Below, piece by piece: positions 28,366 through 36,012 of a stretch of DNA of 38,857 bases (position 1 is the first letter of the stretch; each line of letters starts with the position of its first letter). The position numbers and the translations under genes are program-made. The notes beneath the pieces are model-generated. The model made no database searches and was not told the DNA's origin. It worked only from the letters and a program-made list of their open reading frames with translations. The DNA is from Rickettsiales bacterium (lineage in GTDB: Bacteria; Pseudomonadota; Alphaproteobacteria; Rickettsiales; UBA1997), in the NCBI GenBank assembly GCA_947503755.1, contig CANNFC010000002.1, positions 1-38,857 on the forward strand, in the 5' to 3' direction.

Positions 28366-28451
28366 AAGTGAGAATGACCTAGTTTTGCAATTTTTGGGCT
28401 GCTTTCTTTCAAATCTGACCCATTAAAAAAGAATACTACCCATTCTCACCA
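28366..28451 (-). ncRNA. ffs: Signal recognition particle RNA (4.5S)
   Basis: Minus strand GTGAGAATG...GGGTCAGATTTGAAAGAAAGCAGCCC...CATTCTCAC: helix-8 motif with GNRA loop and terminal stem, immediately upstream of dnaX; ends approximate. Confidence 0.85.
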
Positions 28452-28563
28452 AAGAAAAATTTTATTGCTCTTTTTTTTATAAGCAAGATGTTTTTATAAT
28501 TTGTTAAATAAAATCGTTGATTTTGATTTTGTAAAGAAATAATATTTTAATTTATTATATAAT

Positions 28564-28725
28564 GGCACTGTTGCATTCTAAATTATATTTTACTTTATTT
28601 GCCATTTTTGGTATAAATTTCAGCTATTTTTAGCCTAATATGCTTAATATGAGGCTAAAAATAACTAAAATTTCTCCGTGAAAACATAGCAAAAAATTAA
28701 AACAAATTTAGAATACAACAGTGCC
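28564..28725. mobile_element. MITE copy 1 (162 bp)
   Basis: TIRs ggcactgttgcattctaaatt / aatttagaatacaacagtgcc (1 mismatch); 5-bp direct repeat ataat at 28559-28563 and 28726-28730; interior homologous to 37276-37434. Confidence 0.92.
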
Positions 28726-28753
28726 ATAATGCTCAATTTTATTTAAATTTAAT

Positions 28754-30187
28754 ATGCAAATATCTTTTCAAAAAGCTAAAAAATCTGCTGTTAAAGCAAG
28801 CATCAATGTGCATGTTGTTGCTAACGAAACCAGTGGTGAAATTATTGAATTAGCTCAAAATAATCCGCAGTTTAGCAACAAGCCGTTGCAGGTTTGTTAT
28901 GTGAGTATCGATAATGTTTTACAGCTTGTTATTAATGCTGGTAATCTCAAAAGCCTAAATGTGGTTGATTGGCAAAAAATTGGTGGCAAAATTGTGGCAA
29001 CTTTGAATGCCGGTAAATATCAAGAAGCTATTGTAAATACTCATTTTGAGGCTTCTGAAAATGCTCTTGCTAATTTAGCTTTTGGGGCGAAACTGCAATC
29101 TTATATTTTTAACAAATATTTTTTTGAAAAACAAACAGAAAAAACACTGTCTTTGCAAGATTTTACAATTGTCACTGGTAAATTTTCGGAAGTAAAAAAA
29201 CAATTTAGTAATCTCGAAATTTTGGCTAACAATATTTATTTGGTAAGAGATTTGGTTTCTGAGCCAAGCAACAAGCTCGATCCCGAAATTTATGCCAAGT
29301 TTTGCAGTGAAATTGCTGTGCCAGGTTTAGAAATTGAAATTTTAGACGAAAAGCAAATGCAAAAATTAGGTATGAATGCTTTGCTTGGTGTGGGTAAAGG
29401 TAGTGAAAAAAAATCACAACTTGTTGTGTTGAAATGGATGGGTGGCAAAAAAAATCAAGCCCCTCTAGCTTTTGTAGGAAAAGGTGTTACTTTTGATACT
29501 GGTGGCATTTCGATTAAACCTGCTAACAATATGGAAGATATGAAAACCGATATGGCGGGTTCGGCGGTGGTAGTTGGTTTGTTAAAAAATTTAGCCGAAA
29601 GAAAAGCCAAAGTAAATGCGGTCGGTGTTATTGGTTTGGTCGAAAATATGCCTTCTGGCACCGCTCAAAAACCAGGAGATGTGGTTGTTTCTATGTCGAA
29701 ACAAACAATAGAAGTTATCAACACCGATGCCGAAGGTCGATTGGTTTTAGCAGATGCTTTGCACTATACTAACACCAAATTTAAACCGCAATTTATTGTT
29801 GATTTAGCGACTCTTACAGGTGCTATTATTGTGGCATTGGCTGATTGTTATGCTGGTTTATTTAGCAATAACGATGATTTGGCAAAATCTTTGCAAGATT
29901 GCGGTTTGGCAACTGGTGAAAAATTATGGAGATTGCCTTTGGGTGAAGAATACGACGAAATGATTAACTCCGATGTTGCCGATATGAAAAATGTTGGTGG
30001 CGGTAGAGGTGCTGGTAGCACTACCGCGGCTCAATTTTTGCAACGATTTATTGGTGACACTCCGTGGGCTCATCTCGATATTGCTGGTGTTGCCTGGAAA
30101 GGTAAGGGCGATGTTTTGGCAAAAAAAGGTGCCACTGGTTTTGGTGTGCAGTTGTTGAATGCTTTGGTGGAAAAATACGAGAAATAA
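28754..30187 (+). CDS. pepA: Leucyl aminopeptidase (M17)
   Basis: VGKGVTFDTGGISIK, MKTDMAG, NTDAEGRL, HLDIAG. Confidence 0.97.
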   Translation: MQISFQKAKKSAVKASINVHVVANETSGEIIELAQNNPQFSNKPLQVCYVSIDNVLQLVINAGNLKSLNVVDWQKIGGKIVATLNAGKYQEAIVNTHFEASENALANLAFGAKLQSYIFNKYFFEKQTEKTLSLQDFTIVTGKFSEVKKQFSNLEILANNIYLVRDLVSEPSNKLDPEIYAKFCSEIAVPGLEIEILDEKQMQKLGMNALLGVGKGSEKKSQLVVLKWMGGKKNQAPLAFVGKGVTFDTGGISIKPANNMEDMKTDMAGSAVVVGLLKNLAERKAKVNAVGVIGLVENMPSGTAQKPGDVVVSMSKQTIEVINTDAEGRLVLADALHYTNTKFKPQFIVDLATLTGAIIVALADCYAGLFSNNDDLAKSLQDCGLATGEKLWRLPLGEEYDEMINSDVADMKNVGGGRGAGSTTAAQFLQRFIGDTPWAHLDIAGVAWKGKGDVLAKKGATGFGVQLLNALVEKYEK

Positions 30188-30190
30188 AAC

Positions 30191-31474
30191 ATGAAAAAAC
30201 TGATAATCACTGGTGGCAAAGCTTTAAACGGCGATGTTTATATCACTGGGGCGAAAAATGCTTCTTTGCCTTTGATGGTTGCTTCTATTTTAACTGCAGA
30301 AAAGCTTACTCTTGGTAATTTGCCTCATGTTTCTGATGTTGCAACTATGGTTAATTTGTTGGCAAGTTTAGGGGTTGAAATTAATTTTAATGGCAACAAT
30401 GCCAATGCTGGCAACAAGGCTAGAGTAATAGAATTGCAAGCTCACAACATCAACAATCCTTCTGCCGACTACAATTTAGTGCGAAAAATGAGGGCATCTA
30501 TTTTGATTTTAGGCCCTCTTTTGGCAAGATTTGGTTATGCTAAGGTTTCGTTGCCAGGTGGCTGTGCCATTGGCACAAGGCCAGTTGACTTGCATTTAAA
30601 AGCCCTAGAAAAAATGGGGGCAACTTTTCAGCTCAACGAAGGATATATTGAGGGCAGGGTGCAAGGAAAATTAAAAGGGGCGGAAATTCATTTTGATAAA
30701 GTTTCGGTTGGAGCAACAGAAAATATTTTGATGGCTGCTTGTTTGGCAGAGGGTGAAACCAATATTTTTAACAGTGCTAGAGAGCCCGAAATTGTTGATT
30801 TAGCAAACTGTTTAATTGCTATGGGGGCAAAAATTAGTGGTGTAGGTAGTTCGCAAATTACTGTGCAAGGTGTTTCTTCTTTGCATTTTGCAATACATAA
30901 AATTATTGCCGATCGCATCGAAGCTGGCACCTATGCTATTGCCGCGGGCATTACTGGTGGTAAAATTAATTTACATAATCTAGAAAGTCATATTTTAAAC
31001 TCTTTTAAACAAGATCTAGAACAGGCTGGTTTGCAATTTAAGTCGATAGCACACGATGTTGTCGAGGTGAGTAGCGGTGCAACCATTAATGCTACCAATA
31101 TTTCTACCAATCCTTACCCGGGTTTTCCTACCGATATGCAAGCTCAATTTATGGCTCTAATGACTGTGTCAAATGGGGTGAGTTGCGTTGAAGAAAATAT
31201 TTTTGAAAATCGTTTTATGCATGTGTTAGAACTAAACAGAATGGGTGCCAACATTGAGTATCACAACAAATTGGCAATAGTGAAAGGTGTTGTTAATTTG
31301 CAAGGTGCAGAAGTGATGGCAACCGATCTTAGAGCCTCTGTTTCTTTGGTTTTGGCGGGCTTGGTGGCGAAAGGGCAAACTATTGTTAACAGGCTTTATC
31401 ATCTTGAAAGAGGCTACGAAGATTTAGCAGAAAAGCTGATTAATTGCGGAGCAGATATTAAAATTATTTATTAA
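30191..31474 (+). CDS. murA: UDP-N-acetylglucosamine 1-carboxyvinyltransferase
   Basis: GAKNA, LPGGCAIGTRPVDLH, PGFPTDMQ, ATDLRA. Confidence 0.98.
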   Translation: MKKLIITGGKALNGDVYITGAKNASLPLMVASILTAEKLTLGNLPHVSDVATMVNLLASLGVEINFNGNNANAGNKARVIELQAHNINNPSADYNLVRKMRASILILGPLLARFGYAKVSLPGGCAIGTRPVDLHLKALEKMGATFQLNEGYIEGRVQGKLKGAEIHFDKVSVGATENILMAACLAEGETNIFNSAREPEIVDLANCLIAMGAKISGVGSSQITVQGVSSLHFAIHKIIADRIEAGTYAIAAGITGGKINLHNLESHILNSFKQDLEQAGLQFKSIAHDVVEVSSGATINATNISTNPYPGFPTDMQAQFMALMTVSNGVSCVEENIFENRFMHVLELNRMGANIEYHNKLAIVKGVVNLQGAEVMATDLRASVSLVLAGLVAKGQTIVNRLYHLERGYEDLAEKLINCGADIKIIY

Positions 31475-31478
31475 AATT

Positions 31479-33998
31479 ATGATGAACGGTTTATTTAAAA
31501 AAATTTTTGGTTCGGTCAATGACAGAACTATCAAAAATATCGCCCCTCTTGTGCTTCACATTAATAGTTTAGAGGCCGATTTGCTTAATCTTTCTGATTC
31601 TCAATTACAAGAAAAAACTGTTTACTTGCAAAATCAACTATCTGCTTGGCAAACTTTAGAACAAATACTGCCACTAGCTTTTGCCGTGGTGCGAGAAGCT
31701 AGTAAAAGAGTGCTTAACATGAGGCATTTCGATGCACAATTGATGGGTGGCATTATCTTGCATCAGGGCAAAATAGCCGAAATGGGCACAGGCGAAGGAA
31801 AAACACTGGTGGCAACCTTGCCAACCTATCTTAATGCTCTTACCAATCAAGGTGTGCACATCGTTACTGTCAACGATTATTTAGCCAAAAGAGATGCCGA
31901 ATGGATGGGCAAAATACATCGTTTTTTGGGCTTAACTGTTGGTTGTCTTACCAACGAATTATCCGATCTCGATCGCAAAAATGCTTATCAGTGCCACATT
32001 ACTTATGCTACCAATAACGAGCTGGGCTTTGACTATTTAAGAGACAACATGAAATATAGTCTCAACGATATGGTGCAAAGAAGAAATTTTGCCATTGTCG
32101 ACGAGGTTGATTCAATTTTGATAGACGAAGCCAGAACTCCGCTAATTATTTCTGGGCCAACCAACAATAATTCGCAACTTTATCAACAAATAAACAGTTT
32201 AATTGCTTTTTTAAAACCAGCAGATTTTCAGATCGAAGAAAAAGATAGATCGGTTTTTTTTACCGAACAAGGCATTGAAAATGTTGAATCTTTGCTGAAA
32301 AAACAAAAAATTATCAATCACGATTCTTCTTTATACGAGCCAAACAATATTTCTTTAGTTCATCATCTTAATCAAGCATTAAAAGCCCATTATCTTTTTA
32401 AAAATGAAACCGATTATATTGTTAAAGATAATTCTGTAATTATCATCGACGAATTTACAGGTAGAATGCAAGAAGGCAGAAGGTTTTCTGATGGTCTGCA
32501 TCAGGCACTTGAAGCAAAAGAAAACATAAAAATTCGCAACGAAAATCAAACTCTTGCTTCTATTTCTTTTCAAAACTATTTTCGACTTTACAATAAACTA
32601 GCGGGCATGACGGGCACGGCAAGCAATGAAGCGGTAGAATTTGACGAAACCTACAATTTATCTGTGGTTTCAATTCCGTCTCACAAACCAATTGCCAGAA
32701 AAGATTTTAACGACGAAATTTATAAAAATATCGAAGCAAAACATCGGGCAATTGTTAAGGCAGTAAAAGAAGCTCATGAAAAGCAACAGCCGGTTTTGCT
32801 TGGCACGGTAAGCATTGAAAAATCCGAAACCATTTCAAAAGTATTGACGAAAAATAATTTGCCACATCAAGTTTTAAATGCCAAATATCATGCTAAAGAG
32901 GCCGAAATTATTGCCAAAGCAGGCAAGGTAAAAGCTATCACTATCGCCACCAATATGGCAGGCAGGGGCACCGATATTATGCTTGGCGGTAATCCAGAAG
33001 TTGAAATCAAAAACTATACCGATCCCAAAAAAATTGCTGAAATTTTAGAAAAAATTAAAACCGATAAACAAACTGTGATTGATGCTGGTGGTTTGTTGGT
33101 TTTAGGCACCGAAAGGCACGAAAGCAGAAGAATCGACGATCAGCTTAGGGGTAGGGCGGGCAGACAGGGCGATCCGGGGGTTTCTAGGTTTTTTGTGGCT
33201 CTTGACGATGATTTGATGAGAATTTTTTATTCAGAAAAAATGACTAATTTTTTAGCTGGTTTATCTTTGCCAGAAGACGAGCCAGTTACTCATGGTTTGA
33301 TTACAAAAAGCTTAAAAACCGCTCAAAAAAAGGTTGAAACTCACAACTATGAAATCAGAAAAAATCTCTTAAAATTTGACGATATTATTAATTTTCAAAG
33401 AAAAAATATTTATCAACTACGAAATAAAATTATTTCGCAAACCGATATTTTGCCACAAATTTTGCAATATAGCAACCAAATTGTTCTCGATTTATGTGCA
33501 GATGCTATGCCAAAAAATAGCTATCCCGAGCAATGGTTGCTATCTTCTCTTGATGCCGAATTATTTAGAATTTATGCACTAAAATTAAATTTAGTTGAGC
33601 TTGCCAAGCAAGATGACAAACAACACATTATACAAGCAATTACAACTGCGGTTGACAATTTATTTGTCGAAAAAATCGCCAATATTGGAGCAGAAAATTT
33701 TGCCGAAATAGCCAAGCAAATTTTTCTTACCGTGCTCGATAACGAATGGAAAGATCACCTGCTTTCTCTCGATAAACTTCGTCAAGGCATTAATTTACGA
33801 GCCTATGCTCAAAAAGATCCGTTAATCGAATATAAACAAGAAGCCTTTGTTTTATATGAAGATATGATGTTGCGAATTGAAGAAATGGTGGTTTCGCATT
33901 TAAGTCATGTGCAAATTAGTCAAGAATCTCTTGCGGTTGATAATGTTGAAGATATTGCAAAATTAACCAATAAAAAAACCAAAAATTCTAAAAAATAG
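31479..33998 (+). CDS. secA: Preprotein translocase ATPase SecA
   Basis: MGTGEGKT, DEVDSILIDEARTPLIISG, IATNMAGRGTDI, QLRGRAGRQGDPG. Confidence 0.98.
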   Translation: MMNGLFKKIFGSVNDRTIKNIAPLVLHINSLEADLLNLSDSQLQEKTVYLQNQLSAWQTLEQILPLAFAVVREASKRVLNMRHFDAQLMGGIILHQGKIAEMGTGEGKTLVATLPTYLNALTNQGVHIVTVNDYLAKRDAEWMGKIHRFLGLTVGCLTNELSDLDRKNAYQCHITYATNNELGFDYLRDNMKYSLNDMVQRRNFAIVDEVDSILIDEARTPLIISGPTNNNSQLYQQINSLIAFLKPADFQIEEKDRSVFFTEQGIENVESLLKKQKIINHDSSLYEPNNISLVHHLNQALKAHYLFKNETDYIVKDNSVIIIDEFTGRMQEGRRFSDGLHQALEAKENIKIRNENQTLASISFQNYFRLYNKLAGMTGTASNEAVEFDETYNLSVVSIPSHKPIARKDFNDEIYKNIEAKHRAIVKAVKEAHEKQQPVLLGTVSIEKSETISKVLTKNNLPHQVLNAKYHAKEAEIIAKAGKVKAITIATNMAGRGTDIMLGGNPEVEIKNYTDPKKIAEILEKIKTDKQTVIDAGGLLVLGTERHESRRIDDQLRGRAGRQGDPGVSRFFVALDDDLMRIFYSEKMTNFLAGLSLPEDEPVTHGLITKSLKTAQKKVETHNYEIRKNLLKFDDIINFQRKNIYQLRNKIISQTDILPQILQYSNQIVLDLCADAMPKNSYPEQWLLSSLDAELFRIYALKLNLVELAKQDDKQHIIQAITTAVDNLFVEKIANIGAENFAEIAKQIFLTVLDNEWKDHLLSLDKLRQGINLRAYAQKDPLIEYKQEAFVLYEDMMLRIEEMVVSHLSHVQISQESLAVDNVEDIAKLTNKKTKNSKK

Positions 33999-34016
33999 TA
34001 AGGAGCAAACTAGTTT

Positions 34017-35591
34017 ATGAGTAGAAGAATTTATCTTTACGATTCCACTTTACGAGACGGGGCTCAAACTAGCACTGTTAACTTTAATGTGCAAAATAAA
34101 ATAGATCTTTCTTTTGCTCTTGATAAGCTGGGCATCGACTACATCGAAGGCGGTTGGCCAGGTGCCAACCCAACCGATGATAATTTTTTTGCCAAATTGC
34201 CGAGTTTGCAAAATTCCAAGTTTGTGGCTTTTGGTATGACCAAAAAAAACGGCATTTCTGCCGAAAACGATCCTGGTCTTAATGCCCTTACCAACAGTTC
34301 TGCTTCGGCGGTTTGCATTGTTGGTAAAAGCTGGGATTTTCATCTTAAAAATGCTTTACAAATCACTTCGCAAGAAAACGAACAAATCATTTTGCAATCT
34401 TTACAACACATTGTGGCAAAAAAAAAGCTGGCGATGTTTGATGCCGAGCATTTTTTTGACGGCTATAAAGCTAATCCTGGTTTTGCTTTGCAGGTTTTAA
34501 AAACCGCCTATCAGGCCAACCCAAGATGGATTATTCTATGTGATACCAACGGTGGCACTTTGCCAAGCGAAATAAAAAGCATCGTTTTGGAGGTTGTAAA
34601 ACACCTACCAGGTAGCCAACTTGGCATTCATTGCCACAACGACACAGGCAATGCGGTTGCCAACTCTATTATGGCGGTTGAAGCCGGTGTTTGTCAAGTG
34701 CAAGGCACCATTAATGGTTTGGGCGAAAGGTGTGGAAATGCTAATTTAATTAGTCTTATTCCTACATTAAGTTTAAAAATGGGCTACGATTTAGGTAAAA
34801 TAAATTTAAAAAAACTAGTGCCAATTTCAAAATTGCTAGACGATATTCTTAACAAAGCCAGCGACGATTTTGCCCCATATGTCGGTAAGTTTGCCTTTGC
34901 TCATAAGGGCGGTTTGCATGTTTCGGCGGTTAATAAAAATCCGCAATCTTATGAACATATCAACCCCGATTTGGTTGGCAATCAAAGGCAAATTTTAGTT
35001 TCCGACCAAGCTGGCAGATCAAACATTATCGCCAGATTGCAAACTTTGGGTTTTGACAAAAACTATTCTGCTGAAAAAGTTAATCAATTGGTTAGTTTGG
35101 TAAAACAACAAGAATCTTTGGGATATTCCTACGATACGGCAGATGCCAGTTTTGCCTTATTGACTTGTAAATTTTTAGATAATTTACCTAATTTTTTTGA
35201 GCTAATTAGTTTTAAAGTGCAAGACGAAAAAAAACTTACCGATCGTAATGTTTTTGCTATTAACTCTGAAGCGGTAATTAAAATTAAAATAAATCAAAAA
35301 ACCATTATTAAAGTTGCCGAAGGTAATGGGCCAGTTAATGCTCTAGATAAAGCTTTGCGAAAATCGCTGATTTTTAAATATAAAATATTAAAACACATCA
35401 AACTCATTGATTATAAAGTGCGAATTTTAACTTCACAAAAAGGCACCAAAGCAATCACTAGGGTGCAAATTCAAAGCCTCGACACCATAACAGGCAAAAC
35501 TTGGCAAACCATTGGAGTTGCCGAAAATATTTTAGATGCTTCGTTTTTGGCCTTACAAGATAGCATTATTTATCGCTTATGGCAAGAATAA
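34017..35591 (+). CDS. cimA: Citramalate synthase (LeuA/CimA family)
   Basis: YDSTLRDGAQ, YIEGGWPGANP, FDAEHFFDG, LCDTNGG, FAHKGGLH, GNGPVNALD. Confidence 0.92.
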   Translation: MSRRIYLYDSTLRDGAQTSTVNFNVQNKIDLSFALDKLGIDYIEGGWPGANPTDDNFFAKLPSLQNSKFVAFGMTKKNGISAENDPGLNALTNSSASAVCIVGKSWDFHLKNALQITSQENEQIILQSLQHIVAKKKLAMFDAEHFFDGYKANPGFALQVLKTAYQANPRWIILCDTNGGTLPSEIKSIVLEVVKHLPGSQLGIHCHNDTGNAVANSIMAVEAGVCQVQGTINGLGERCGNANLISLIPTLSLKMGYDLGKINLKKLVPISKLLDDILNKASDDFAPYVGKFAFAHKGGLHVSAVNKNPQSYEHINPDLVGNQRQILVSDQAGRSNIIARLQTLGFDKNYSAEKVNQLVSLVKQQESLGYSYDTADASFALLTCKFLDNLPNFFELISFKVQDEKKLTDRNVFAINSEAVIKIKINQKTIIKVAEGNGPVNALDKALRKSLIFKYKILKHIKLIDYKVRILTSQKGTKAITRVQIQSLDTITGKTWQTIGVAENILDASFLALQDSIIYRLWQE

Positions 35592-35877
35592 ACAGCCTAA
35601 CAATAGACAAAAGAGCTCTTGGTGATTGTGGTCCCTGTAAGATCCGATTCTAAGATCCGATTCACGGTATCGGCAGAATAGGTTATAAAAGTTTGATGAC
35701 AAAACTCAGTTTACATAATCCGTTTAATATTAACTCTTCTAATCCAGATAATTTTTTTGGCATAGCGGGATCTGTTAATGCCAATTTTGCAGGTCCTTGT
35801 CTTATATTTAAGCCAGCATTGACTTTTCTTGGCTCTAATGAAAAAGATTTCGCTAGTGACGGGTTGGGATCAATTTA

Positions 35878-35923
35878 CATAAATAAATATCACACTTAGA
35901 TCTAAGTGTGATATTTATTTATG
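35878..35923. repeat. Perfect 46-bp spacerless palindrome
   Basis: cataaataaatatcacacttaga|tctaagtgtgatatttatttatg; followed by a second hairpin ggaattatt...aataattcc (35923-35945). Confidence 0.92.
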
Positions 35924-36012
35924 GAATTATTATAAGAATAATTCCTACCGAAATAGAAGAAATAATAAATTTTTTAAAAAATATACCTTATGAAGAAAAA
36001 GTCCAGCAATAT

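Noticed and set aside
35693-35899. 68-aa plus-strand ORF after cimA
   Set aside because: It has no motif and ends inside the palindrome. The opposite strand has an equally long open stretch that could be a gene remnant, so neither is supportable.
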